Source: a virus (taxonomy: Duplodnaviria; Caudoviricetes). From it: 61,334 bases of DNA. The notes under the pieces were generated by a model, which was not told where the DNA came from, did not search any database, and saw only the letters and a program-made list of their open reading frames with translations. The position numbers and the translations under genes were made by a program. The stretch is taken from the IMG/VR virus record IMGVR_UViG_3300049924_000079, positions 1-61,334 of that record; one strand, written 5' to 3'. Below, piece by piece: positions 1 to 8,856 of the stretch (the first letter of the stretch is position 1; every line of letters begins with the position of its first letter).

Positions 1-95
1 TTACCAGATACTAGACATCCTTGCGCAAGACTGCGTGATTAACTAGGCCCCCGCGCTAATGTTTAATACTGTACAATACGCACAAGGACATCAAA

Positions 96-224
96 ATGAA
101 AACCATCATCGTACTGGCCGTTGTCGCTATGGGCTACATGCTTAGCAAGAACCCACCAGAGAAGCAGCCAATGGGCGATCCGTTGCCCGCACACTACCCA
201 ACGAAAGGAAAAGAAAAATCATGA
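96..224 (+). CDS. Small hypothetical protein, 42 aa (MKTIIVLAVVAMGYMLSK...), hydrophobic N-terminus
   Basis: AAGGA RBS upstream; stop overlaps the next ATG (ATGA at 221-224); below the ORF-track cutoff. Confidence 0.5.
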   Translation: MKTIIVLAVVAMGYMLSKNPPEKQPMGDPLPAHYPTKGKEKS

Positions 225-547
225 ACACTTACACGCTGACTCAAGCGCAGTATGACAAAATGTACGCTATTGGAGAATTTGCATCCGGTATACGCGAAAT
301 ACTTCGGTTGCTCAAACCAAACTTGCAAGAGCCTGTTGCGCGTGTAGACGATCTTGAGCGTGGTGGACGTATCAGAGCGATGCATTTAAAACTTGGTTTA
401 GATGCTGAGTTATTTGACCACCCAGCACCCATGAGCAAAGAAGACATGGTGAAGGTTCTTGAGGCTTTGACTAGTGCACCTTGGAAAAACTATAAGACAA
501 ACAAAGCCATCACAATTATGCAATCAGCTATTGAAAGAATGAAATGA
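221..547 (+). CDS. Hypothetical protein
   Basis: AAGGA RBS; ATGA coupling on both sides. Confidence 0.7.
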   Translation: MNTYTLTQAQYDKMYAIGEFASGIREILRLLKPNLQEPVARVDDLERGGRIRAMHLKLGLDAELFDHPAPMSKEDMVKVLEALTSAPWKNYKTNKAITIMQSAIERMK

Positions 548-744
548 TCGAACTCTATTTAACAATTTTTGTATGCGGAGTGTTTACTGGCGCGGCGTTT
601 ATGTACGTAAGCAATGCGCTACTAGAGTCTTACATGAGCAGCTTAGAAACAAGCGATGCTCAAGCCGCACGCGAAGGCGCGGAGCTACTGGCTAGAGCAA
701 ACGCCGAGCTCAAAGTTCGCGAGCGTGTTGGAGGTAACGTATGA
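544..744 (+). CDS. Hypothetical protein with N-terminal hydrophobic segment
   Basis: ATGA-coupled; LYLTIFVCGVFTGAAFMYV. Confidence 0.6.
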   Translation: MIELYLTIFVCGVFTGAAFMYVSNALLESYMSSLETSDAQAAREGAELLARANAELKVRERVGGNV

Positions 745-1598
745 CCAAACAAATAAAGACTTGGCAAGAGCGCTACCACGATCATCCAGATCAAGAGTAT
801 TGCATGTTGCTTGAAATAGATGAGCTTCGCGCAGAACTTGACCTACTACAAAGTGATTCTTACGAAGCTATTTGGCAGGCACTACAGCGAATTGAGACTG
901 CTATTGTGTGTTTGCCAACATTTGAGGTTGAGGTAGACGGTGGAGTTGATGCGTGTGCTGAAAACATTGTGCTAGCAATCATTAAAGCCGCCGCCCTCCT
1001 GAAATCCAAACCCGCACTTGCACAGACAGAGCAGCCAGCGCAAGGGGAGCCGGTAGCGTGGCTTATTGAATACGAGCATCGCGCAGGTGGAATGAACAGA
1101 GGAAACAGCCTAACGAAATTTGACTATGTTTGGCACAAGCATTCTTTTTTATCAGGTTTCAAAGACGCAAAAATAGACTCAGAAAACTGGCGCAACAGAA
1201 AAGAAACGCCGCTTTACCCCGCCGCCCTCCTGCAATCCAAACCAGCAGAGCCAGTTAATCAGGCGCTGTTTGATGCGCCTGAAATTCTCGCCAAGTACAC
1301 AGGTTTCAACGGGCACCGTCAGTGGGTCAAGGTGGGCGCGTGGCTGCATCCCGGAGATTGTGTGGCGGTGCTATCGCCACAGCGCGCAGTGCAACTTCGC
1401 GAAGGACGCACTCAATACGTTGAGGCAGCACAATCCGCTAAACGGGAGCCGCTTACGGATGAGCAATTCAATGACCTCGTGATGCAACATCTTGGCCCAC
1501 ATGCATTAACTGGCGGGAAGATGAGTGTTTATGACGCATTTTTGCTTGCGGTGCGCGCCACCGAAGCCGCCCACGGAATAACGAAAGGCCAACAATGA
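741..1598 (+). CDS. Modular accessory protein (Ead/Ea22-like EPVAW...PLY and PLTDEQ...EAAHGI modules)
   Basis: GGAGG RBS; motifs QGEPVAW, TPLYP, EPLTDEQ, RATEAAHGIT typical of mosaic phage accessory proteins. Confidence 0.65.
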   Translation: MTKQIKTWQERYHDHPDQEYCMLLEIDELRAELDLLQSDSYEAIWQALQRIETAIVCLPTFEVEVDGGVDACAENIVLAIIKAAALLKSKPALAQTEQPAQGEPVAWLIEYEHRAGGMNRGNSLTKFDYVWHKHSFLSGFKDAKIDSENWRNRKETPLYPAALLQSKPAEPVNQALFDAPEILAKYTGFNGHRQWVKVGAWLHPGDCVAVLSPQRAVQLREGRTQYVEAAQSAKREPLTDEQFNDLVMQHLGPHALTGGKMSVYDAFLLAVRATEAAHGITKGQQ

Positions 1599-1816
1599 CT
1601 ACATTCAAGATGCCTGCATACCTAAACGCAAGCTACGAAGGCGACAGGCTGTTCACAGACGCGCAGCTTAAGCAAGCATTACGCGATGTACTGGAGCAGG
1701 CTGCAAAACTATGCGACCCATACGAACCAACAGATACTAGCTCCGATACTTGGGACAAAGCTACAGAGTTGTGTGCAGAGAAAATCCGCGCCATGATTAA
1801 GGAGATACCAGAATGA
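1595..1816 (+). CDS. Hypothetical protein
   Basis: ATGA-coupled; LEQAAKLC...CAEKIRAM pattern common in phage accessory ORFs. Confidence 0.7.
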   Translation: MTTFKMPAYLNASYEGDRLFTDAQLKQALRDVLEQAAKLCDPYEPTDTSSDTWDKATELCAEKIRAMIKEIPE

Positions 1817-2355
1817 CTGAATACATCACAAAAAAACAAGCAAACGAAATACTAATGTTTGTTGGCGGTACATGGGATGACTGCATCCGCGATGATAATG
1901 AGCTCTTGTACACGAGTATGAAGGCAGCCATCCAGCGACACAAAAACTCGCAGCCTAAGCCTGCAAGCGTGGAAGAGATTAAATCTTGGATAGCCCGCTG
2001 CCATGCTGCTGGCGATTTATCCGCAACAGACGCACAAGCAAAGCAGATAGAGGCTAAGGATGTGGAAATATTACGACTTCAGCATGAAGTAGTGAACCGT
2101 AATCAGCGTGCGCTTGATGGCGACAAGGCCGTGGCTACCTTAACAGCCGCTTTAGATAGAGAAGACGCTATGCAAGCTGTGATCACAGATCAGCGCCAAG
2201 CAATCACCCAACAAGCCGAAGCCTTAGCACAGGCGCTGGCTGATGTTGAGCGGTTGCAGTATGAGGTTGACGCTATCCAGGCCATCAAGGAAGAACGCGA
2301 CCAACTCCGCGCCCAACTAGCAGCACTTCAAGCAGACCCAAAGGACGGCGTGTGA
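1813..2355 (+). CDS. Hypothetical coiled-coil protein
   Basis: AAGGAG RBS; heptad-rich C-terminal half. Confidence 0.7.
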   Translation: MTEYITKKQANEILMFVGGTWDDCIRDDNELLYTSMKAAIQRHKNSQPKPASVEEIKSWIARCHAAGDLSATDAQAKQIEAKDVEILRLQHEVVNRNQRALDGDKAVATLTAALDREDAMQAVITDQRQAITQQAEALAQALADVERLQYEVDAIQAIKEERDQLRAQLAALQADPKDGV

Positions 2356-2555
2356 AGTGCCCGACATGCGGAGCATGGACGCAAGTGCTGGAGACACGAG
2401 CCAGCACCAACGGTAAACGGCGAAGGTACGAGTGTGCAAACTTGCACAGGTTCACCACCCTAGAGACCGTGGTGCCGCTAGTAATAAAAGAGAGGGGAAC
2501 GGTAAGAAACACAGCCCCCGCAACCGAAAAGGGAGACGCTAATGGACAGTTCTAA
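2352..2555 (+). CDS. Zinc-ribbon protein (NrdR N-terminal / Ogr-Delta-like)
   Basis: MKCPTCG...VLETR...RRRYEC..HRFTTLE matches the NrdR-type Zn ribbon. Confidence 0.75.
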   Translation: MKCPTCGAWTQVLETRASTNGKRRRYECANLHRFTTLETVVPLVIKERGTVRNTAPATEKGDANGQF

Positions 2556-2736
2556 ATTGAAAGGAAACGCAATGAGATACACCATATACACCAACGAGGA
2601 GTTGGTGCGCATAGTAGACAACACCGCGCAAGCCAGCGAACTGGAGCGTGAACTCGCCAACAGACTAGACGCGCTACTAGCCCGCGAAGCGCAGCTGGAC
2701 AACGCGCAAGCAGTACACAGAGGAGCCGCACAATGA
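2542..2736 (+). CDS. Hypothetical protein
   Basis: GGAGA RBS; in operon order; start could be the later ATG. Confidence 0.6.
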   Translation: MDSSKLKGNAMRYTIYTNEELVRIVDNTAQASELERELANRLDALLAREAQLDNAQAVHRGAAQ

Positions 2737-2942
2737 AAGACCCCAACTCCCCCTTCAACTGGCAGGGCAAGCCCTCTATATTCGCGAAAGACCACGCCTT
2801 CACAGGGCTGTACGCTAAGGTGTCCGAACGCTCTACTAGAAACGCCGGGCCGAACATATGCCTGCGAGGATCTAACTTGTTCTTGGCGGACACCTTTCGC
2901 CAGATTATCGCGCACAGTCGCGCTACACCGGGGGGCGTATGA
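2733..2942 (+). CDS. Hypothetical protein
   Basis: GAGGAG RBS; ATGA-coupled. Confidence 0.6.
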   Translation: MKDPNSPFNWQGKPSIFAKDHAFTGLYAKVSERSTRNAGPNICLRGSNLFLADTFRQIIAHSRATPGGV

Positions 2943-3136
2943 ATGATGTACCGGACTTCAAACAATGGGACACCCCCGCGCTGGTGAGGTTCTGCGAACA
3001 GGCGTACGTGCATATGCAAACAACGCAGGCAGACATGGAGGTGCTTCGCGCCAGCATAAAGGATGCCGTTAGGGCGTACCGAGAGTTAGTAATTAAACAC
3101 GCAAAGGAAAAGCAAAATGACAACAACCAGTATTGA
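2939..3136 (+). CDS. Hypothetical protein
   Basis: ATGA-coupled; in operon order. Confidence 0.65.
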   Translation: MNDVPDFKQWDTPALVRFCEQAYVHMQTTQADMEVLRASIKDAVRAYRELVIKHAKEKQNDNNQY

Positions 3137-3398
3137 CGCGACGCTAGACGAACGCGGTGCCCGCTACGGCACCTTCCAAGGCCATGCCGAAGTTACACAG
3201 CACCTCAAAGCGTACTACCGTGAACAGCTTGCCAAGCGCGGTAAGGAACTACACGCCGACCAATACGAAGCGCTGGATATGGTGATGCACAAGATAGGAC
3301 GCATCATCAACGGCGATCCGGACTACGCAGACTCGTGGGTAGATGTTGCGGGATACGCGAAGCTGGTGGCAGATCGTTTGGAAGGGCGGGTGCGATGA
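3117..3398 (+). CDS. DUF6378-like conserved phage protein
   Basis: TLDERGARYG...ALDMVMHKIGRIINGDPDYADSWVDVAGYA. Confidence 0.75.
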   Translation: MTTTSIDATLDERGARYGTFQGHAEVTQHLKAYYREQLAKRGKELHADQYEALDMVMHKIGRIINGDPDYADSWVDVAGYAKLVADRLEGRVR

Positions 3399-3700
3399 CA
3401 CCAGAAGCGAAAACAAAAGCCGCTATCAAGAAAGTGCTTGAAACGGCAGGCATCTACTTCGTCATGCCTATGGGTACCGGGTACGGCAAGTCCGGCGTAG
3501 CTGACTTCGTCGCCTGTCACAACGGCAAGTTCTTAGCGATAGAAGCCAAAGCAGGTAAAGGGCGCACCACTGCGCTACAAGACCGGGAGCTACAGCGTGT
3601 ACGAGACGCGGGCGGCGTGGCCCTTGTGGTCAGTGACAAGCCCGAAGACTTTGTGTTGCTCGGCGACACGATTGAAACTATGAAAGACAAAAGCAAATGA
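3395..3700 (+). CDS. VRR-NUC domain nuclease
   Basis: TPEAKTK...GVADFVAC..GKFLAIEAKA...TALQ PD-(D/E)XK pattern; ATG at 3395 overlaps the previous stop. Confidence 0.85.
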   Translation: MTPEAKTKAAIKKVLETAGIYFVMPMGTGYGKSGVADFVACHNGKFLAIEAKAGKGRTTALQDRELQRVRDAGGVALVVSDKPEDFVLLGDTIETMKDKSK

Positions 3701-3951
3701 ATGAACATACACAAGAAAAATACGCAGCACTCGCCGAGAAAGACAGACAGTCTATTACCGACATGATAGACGTGGCGGTAGCCGCGCTAAGTACCGAGAA
3801 CGGCGCACTGGTGCTTCTAGTGGATGTCGAAGGACAGGGCGTAGCACAGATGCTCGCCGCAGGTAATCAGCTACTCGTGGAGCCGCTGCTGCGCAGTGCG
3901 GACGCGGTGTGCGATAGGGTGTTCAGTAACCATGCAGGAGTACTACAATGA
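3697..3951 (+). CDS. Hypothetical protein
   Basis: ATGA-coupled to its neighbours. Confidence 0.65.
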   Translation: MNEHTQEKYAALAEKDRQSITDMIDVAVAALSTENGALVLLVDVEGQGVAQMLAAGNQLLVEPLLRSADAVCDRVFSNHAGVLQ

Positions 3952-6899
3952 CCCAGCCATTCAAAACACTCCTTTGCGCCGATTTTGAGACGCGCTGGAG
4001 TAGCAAGCCTACCGAATGGAGCGAAGACCCGTTCACGCTTTCTAAGATGACCACCGAGGAGTACATCCGCTCCCCGTTGTTCCACGCCTTCGGGCTGTGC
4101 CTGCACGAGGTAGGCGCAGAGACGCCTATCCAGTGGTACTCCCACGAAGAACTGCCCCGCATACTGAAAATGTATGACTGGTCTACAACCGCTATCCTGT
4201 GCCACAACAGCCAGTTCGACGCAGCAATCCTGTCCTATGTATACGGCGTCAAGCCGTGCTTCATATTCGACACGCTGTCTATGGGCCGCGCGCTACGCGG
4301 TGTGGAAGTGGGCAACTCGCTCATGAAGCTGGCAGAAGACTACGGCCTGCCCCCCAAGGGGCGGGCTGTGCACAGCACCGACGGCCTGTTCACGCTACCT
4401 GCGCATATTGAGCAGGAGTTGGCCGAGTACTGTAAGCACGACGTGTTCTTGTGCGAGGAGATATTCGCGAAGCTGCTGTACCGCATCGACCCGCTGACCG
4501 GCGAATCTGCCGGGGAGTTTCCAAAAAAGGAGCTACGCCTTATCGACATGACGGTGCGTATGTACACCGACCCGGTGTTGGTGCTTGATAAGCCGATGCT
4601 GGAGCATGCGCTGGTGGAAGAGAAGACGAAGCTGGCCGCCGCGCTGGAGCGCACAGGTGTAGCGGAGACATCACTGGCCAGTAACGACCAGTTCGCCGAA
4701 GTACTACGCACTATGGGCGTCGCACCTCCCACCAAAGTCAGCAAGGTGACAGGCAAGGAAGCATATGCGTTTGCCAAGAACGACGCGCTGTTCCAGTCTC
4801 TGCTTAACGGGGACAACGAAGACGTAGCCCTGCTGTGCGAAGCCCGGCTCAAGGTAAAGTCCACGCTGGAGCGCACCCGCGCGCAGCGCTTCATTGACAT
4901 CTCGGAGCGCGGCACACTGCCTATCCCGCTTGCATACTACGGCGCGGCGACGGGGCGTTGGGCGGCGGCAAAAGGCGCGAACCTGAACCTTCAAAATCTC
5001 AAGCGGGGTTCGTTCCTACGCAAAGCGATCATGGCCCCGGACGGGTATCTGCTTGCAGTAGCGGACTTGTCACAGATCGAACCCCGGGTGTTGGCGTGGT
5101 TGTCGGGGTACGAGGACATGCTCGACATCTTCCGTGCAGGGGGCGACCCCTACGCTACGTTTGGCGCACAGATGTTCGGGATACCGGGGCTTACCAAGGA
5201 CACACACCCCCTGCTTAGGCAGTCGGCCAAGTCTGCTTTGCTAGGCGCAGGCTACCAGCTCGGGTGGGCCAGCTTCGCGGGGCAGTTGCTTGTGGGCTTC
5301 CTAGGTGCGCCCCCGCAGCGATACACCAAAGCCGACGCAAGGCAGTTAGGTGTGACTGCGCAGGATGTGCAGAAGTTCTTGTCATGGGAGGACAACATGA
5401 AGGCTATGCAGGAGATACCCCACACCTGTACCGAAGAGGAGCTGCTACTGCACTGCCTAGCTGCCAAGGCAATCATCGACAAGTACCGTAGCGCCGCAAG
5501 CCCCGTGACAGACTTCTGGTCTCTGCTAGGCAACCTGCTGGAGCGCAGCTTGGTAGGCGGTGAGGAGTACAACCACAAAGACGTGCTGCTGTTCCGTAAA
5601 GGTGAGATCATCATGACAAACGGCATGGCGCTACGCTATCCTGACCTGCGGGCGCACATAGACCCCGAAGACAAGAAGAAGCGTGTTGTGTACACCTACG
5701 CTGATGGTAAGAAGCGGGTGAAGCTGTACCCCGGTAAAATCTGCAACAATTGTATAGCCGAAGGAACTGATGTACTTACTTCTGCGGGGTGGGTACCTAT
5801 AGAACAGGTGTCGAAAGAAATGGCCATCTTTGATGGCGTAGATTTTGTAGCACATGCAGGGCTATCATTTAACGGAGTTCAAACATGTGTTACAGTAGAC
5901 GGTGTTTATATGACACCAGATCACGAGGTACTTACTTATGCAGGTTGGAAAAACGCATCACAACTTCAAGGACATAACCGGGAAAAGGTACGGTATTTTG
6001 ACAGCAGTGAAGCCCTTGCGCTCTGTGAAAGGCAGTTGGCAGTGGCGGATGTTGTGCGATTGTGGAAAATCCTGCGCGAAGCAAACGTCCGACTTACAGA
6101 AGGAAGCGAAGAAAGGGCGTATGCAGAACTGCGGATGCCTAACGCGACAGCTTATCGGGCAGGCCAATACGACGCACGGAATGTCGGGGCACCCCCTATA
6201 CATAGTTTGGCGCAACATGCGGAACCGCTGCTACAAAGAATGGGAGCCTGCATACAAGAACTATGGAGCGCGGGGCATAACTGTGTGCGTACGGTGGCGC
6301 GACAGCTTCGAGAACTTTTCGGCAGACATGCAGTCTACCTACGCGCCGGGGTTGACACTGGAACGTCGAAACAACGAGCGGGGGTATTCCCCGAGCAACT
6401 GTTACTGGGCCACATATACGGAGCAGGCACAAAACACACGCAACACAATACGCGCCGTGAACGTCCCGAAGCTAGCAGAACAGACGGGCATAAGTCGTTC
6501 GACGATTTACTACAGACTACAGCACGGGTGGCCAGTATCCAAGCTGAAAATGAAACCGGATTTGGGGAACGGAAAGAAAAAGCTGTATACGACATCGTAG
6601 ACTGCGGCCCCCGTAAGCGTTTCATTGTTCGCGGTGTGTCCGGTACATTTGCAGTCCATAACTGCACACAGGGCACCGCACGTATCATCATGTCGGACGG
6701 CATGTTACGTATCGACAAGGAGTACCGGGTACTGGGGACTGTGCATGACGAGTGTATCGGGCTAGTGCCCGAGGCAGAGGCGCAACCAGCGTACAAGTGG
6801 ATGCTACAGCAGATGGTACAGGTGCCCAAGTGGATGCCTGGCATACCGCTCAATGCGGACGGTGGGGTACACAAGCGATACGGTCTTGCGAAAAATTAA
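3948..6899 (+). CDS. polA: Family A DNA polymerase precursor with 3'-5' exonuclease, intein-containing (about 679 aa after splicing)
   Basis: Exo motifs DFET, HNSQFD, YCKHD; TGRW, NLQN, motif A DLSQIEPR, motif B RQSAKSALLGAGY, motif C VHDE. Confidence 0.95.
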   Translation: MTQPFKTLLCADFETRWSSKPTEWSEDPFTLSKMTTEEYIRSPLFHAFGLCLHEVGAETPIQWYSHEELPRILKMYDWSTTAILCHNSQFDAAILSYVYGVKPCFIFDTLSMGRALRGVEVGNSLMKLAEDYGLPPKGRAVHSTDGLFTLPAHIEQELAEYCKHDVFLCEEIFAKLLYRIDPLTGESAGEFPKKELRLIDMTVRMYTDPVLVLDKPMLEHALVEEKTKLAAALERTGVAETSLASNDQFAEVLRTMGVAPPTKVSKVTGKEAYAFAKNDALFQSLLNGDNEDVALLCEARLKVKSTLERTRAQRFIDISERGTLPIPLAYYGAATGRWAAAKGANLNLQNLKRGSFLRKAIMAPDGYLLAVADLSQIEPRVLAWLSGYEDMLDIFRAGGDPYATFGAQMFGIPGLTKDTHPLLRQSAKSALLGAGYQLGWASFAGQLLVGFLGAPPQRYTKADARQLGVTAQDVQKFLSWEDNMKAMQEIPHTCTEEELLLHCLAAKAIIDKYRSAASPVTDFWSLLGNLLERSLVGGEEYNHKDVLLFRKGEIIMTNGMALRYPDLRAHIDPEDKKKRVVYTYADGKKRVKLYPGKICNNCIAEGTDVLTSAGWVPIEQVSKEMAIFDGVDFVAHAGLSFNGVQTCVTVDGVYMTPDHEVLTYAGWKNASQLQGHNREKVRYFDSSEALALCERQLAVADVVRLWKILREANVRLTEGSEERAYAELRMPNATAYRAGQYDARNVGAPPIHSLAQHAEPLLQRMGACIQELWSAGHNCVRTVARQLRELFGRHAVYLRAGVDTGTSKQRAGVFPEQLLLGHIYGAGTKHTQHNTRRERPEASRTDGHKSFDDLLQTTARVASIQAENETGFGERKEKAVYDIVDCGPRKRFIVRGVSGTFAVHNCTQGTARIIMSDGMLRIDKEYRVLGTVHDECIGLVPEAEAQPAYKWMLQQMVQVPKWMPGIPLNADGGVHKRYGLAKN
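5751..6662 (+). mobile_element. Intein (304 aa, residues 602-905 of the polymerase)
   Basis: Starts CIAEGTDVLT (block A), TPDHEVLT (block B), VYDIVD (block F), ends AVHN followed by +1 Cys; removal restores KLYPGKICNN-CTQGTAR. Confidence 0.93.
5938..6600 (+). CDS. HNH homing endonuclease nested in the +1 frame inside the intein
   Basis: DITGKRYGILT..W..LCDCG..NCGC..HGMS..LY..WRNMRNRC..YGARGITVC.RW..FENF..LERRNNERGYSPSNCYWAT..EQAQN plus a C-terminal HTH; SD GAGGT at 5925-5929, 8 nt before the ATG. Confidence 0.9.
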   Translation: MQVGKTHHNFKDITGKRYGILTAVKPLRSVKGSWQWRMLCDCGKSCAKQTSDLQKEAKKGRMQNCGCLTRQLIGQANTTHGMSGHPLYIVWRNMRNRCYKEWEPAYKNYGARGITVCVRWRDSFENFSADMQSTYAPGLTLERRNNERGYSPSNCYWATYTEQAQNTRNTIRAVNVPKLAEQTGISRSTIYYRLQHGWPVSKLKMKPDLGNGKKKLYTTS

Positions 6900-6914
6900 C
6901 CAAGGAGAAAGAAA

Positions 6915-7205
6915 ATGACATTTAAAAATTGGCTTAGGACACAAACACGCCGTCTTTATTGTGCGCTAGCACACGACGGCTGGGTACGCGCAGAAGACAC
7001 TGCGGAGAAGAGATGGGTTACGGTTCGCGGACGGCGCGGTTATTTTGTCGGTATGTGCCCGAACAACTTTTCGTGTGTAGTATGTTTTCAAGAGCGAGTA
7101 CCGTCGCAGTTTGGACGCAGTGACGTTTTGCAAAACACGTATGTGGAAGTTCCGCCGTACGTCATAACTAGCGTAGCTACTAACGCTAAAGATTTTTGGA
7201 AATAA
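6915..7205 (+). CDS. Hypothetical protein
   Basis: AAGGAGAAAGA RBS. Confidence 0.65.
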   Translation: MTFKNWLRTQTRRLYCALAHDGWVRAEDTAEKRWVTVRGRRGYFVGMCPNNFSCVVCFQERVPSQFGRSDVLQNTYVEVPPYVITSVATNAKDFWK

Positions 7206-7220
7206 CCAAGGAGAAAGAAG

Positions 7221-7496
7221 ATGAAACTAGATTTTGGAATACCTCCCAAAGAGCACCGTGGCTGGCCGGGCTATGCGGACGTGGACGTAGACAAAGATGG
7301 CCTACTGGTGGTGCCCTGCGGAGCGTCTGGCGGGATGAACGAAGGACACCCCTACAGGTACGCATTGAGCGTATCGCCGTCACAGCTACTGCGCCTTGCG
7401 TGGCGTATACAGTTCCTTAAGCTGCGGTTTACTTACGCATGTGTAAAGCACCGCGTGCACTACCGTATCTGTAAGGCCCTAGGCTGTAGAAAATAG
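7221..7496 (+). CDS. Hypothetical protein
   Basis: AAGGAGAAAGA RBS. Confidence 0.65.
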   Translation: MKLDFGIPPKEHRGWPGYADVDVDKDGLLVVPCGASGGMNEGHPYRYALSVSPSQLLRLAWRIQFLKLRFTYACVKHRVHYRICKALGCRK

Positions 7497-7512
7497 AAAC
7501 AAGGAGAAAGAA

Positions 7513-7791
7513 ATGGAAATACCTAAGACATTCAAGATAGGCGAACGTGCGTGGAGAGTGCGCACAGACGGCGCGGCACTGCCTAGCGGCGTATACGGGA
7601 TGTGCTACCCACGCTATGAGGTTATCCGCGTAGCGAAGCGCGCCCCACAGGACATGACAGAGAGCTTCTGGCACGAAGTCACACACGCTGTCCTGTTCGA
7701 CATGAACCACCCGCGCTGGGACGATGAGGAGTTCGTCACGGCATTCAGCAAACGGCTTACCCAAGTCATTCACACAGCGGAGTTTTTATGA
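7513..7791 (+). CDS. Small zincin-like (HExxH) protein
   Basis: YGMC...FWHEVTHAVL...DEEFV. Confidence 0.7.
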   Translation: MEIPKTFKIGERAWRVRTDGAALPSGVYGMCYPRYEVIRVAKRAPQDMTESFWHEVTHAVLFDMNHPRWDDEEFVTAFSKRLTQVIHTAEFL

Positions 7792-8000
7792 TTACATGGT
7801 TAAAACACGGGGACTGCCAACACGTAAACCACATTCGAGGCCCCGGCTGGGCGGAGTATGACGCCATAGCGGCGGCAGGCAAGATAGGGGTGCCCCACAT
7901 AGGGTACGTGCCCTGCACAGGGCAGTACATATTCAGCGGGGCCTTGCTTGAGAAAACGCCGACAGGCGTACGTGTTGTCAAAGGAGCAGTGAATGCATAA
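7788..8000 (+). CDS. Hypothetical protein
   Basis: GGAG RBS; overlapping coupling. Confidence 0.55.
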   Translation: MITWLKHGDCQHVNHIRGPGWAEYDAIAAAGKIGVPHIGYVPCTGQYIFSGALLEKTPTGVRVVKGAVNA

Positions 8001-8199
8001 ATATGAGTACGGGCACCCCACCGCACCAAACCTGTACCGCCTCGCCGGTGGCTACATGCCGGGCCTCGCGCAGCTGTTCGTGGGAGAGAAGTGCACGCTA
8101 GACGGCGCAGCACATACATGGGAGCACGTATCACCCGGCACGGAACGCTGCCCCGTGTGCGGAATACACCGTACAGACACAGGATATAAAAATGCCTAA
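7993..8199 (+). CDS. Hypothetical protein, possible Zn-binding (C..HTW..CPVC)
   Basis: AAGGAG RBS. Confidence 0.55.
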   Translation: MHKYEYGHPTAPNLYRLAGGYMPGLAQLFVGEKCTLDGAAHTWEHVSPGTERCPVCGIHRTDTGYKNA

Positions 8200-8854
8200 G
8201 CACTCATACAGCGCGATCAAAACCTACGAGACGTGCGCACGCAAGTACCACGAGACCAAGATACTGAAGCTATGGCCTCGGGAAGACACCGAAGCTACGC
8301 TGTACGGAACCCAACTGCATGAGCAAGCGGAGTTCTATATACGCGACGGCAAGCCCCTAGACAAGGGGTTCGAGTTTCTCAAGCCGGTACTAGACAACCT
8401 AGCGGCCATGCCCGGGCGCAAGTTTTGCGAGTTGGAGATGGGCGTCAAAGAGACGCTGGAGCCCTGCGACTTCAATGACCCGGACTACTGGTGCCACGGT
8501 ATCGCGGACTTGGTGATCGTGGACGACGACAACTTCACTGCGCGGGTGTTCGACTACAAGTCTGGCAATGACAAGTACCCGGACACCGACCAGCTCATGC
8601 TCATGTCGCTCATGATATTCAAGCACTTCCCCCACGTGCGCACCATTACAGGCGGGCTGTTGTTCGTACTCAAAGGCACTGTACAGAAATACAAAGTGGA
8701 GCGGGAGCAGGAAGCCGCGTTGTGGTGGCGCTGGCGTGAAAGGATTGCTAAACTAGACGCCTCGATCTACCACAACGTGTGGAACCCCAAGCAGTCAGGA
8801 CTTTGCAGAAAATACTGTGAGGTCTTAACGTGCCCCTTTAACGGAAGGAGATAG
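8192..8854 (+). CDS. PD-(D/E)XK exonuclease (Cas4/RecB-like, Fe-S cysteines)
   Basis: SYSAIKTYETC, GTQLH, GIADL..VFDYKSG, QL..MS, LCRKYC...CPF. Confidence 0.9.
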   Translation: MPKHSYSAIKTYETCARKYHETKILKLWPREDTEATLYGTQLHEQAEFYIRDGKPLDKGFEFLKPVLDNLAAMPGRKFCELEMGVKETLEPCDFNDPDYWCHGIADLVIVDDDNFTARVFDYKSGNDKYPDTDQLMLMSLMIFKHFPHVRTITGGLLFVLKGTVQKYKVEREQEAALWWRWRERIAKLDASIYHNVWNPKQSGLCRKYCEVLTCPFNGRR

Positions 8855-8856
8855 TC

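Noticed and set aside
5751-6662. Group I intron as the explanation for the HNH in polA
   Set aside because: The host frame is uninterrupted and has all intein splicing motifs; no intron core was recognisable
8192-8854. Cas4 as evidence of a CRISPR system
   Set aside because: Solo Cas4-like exonucleases are ordinary in phage replication modules; no array or cas1/cas2
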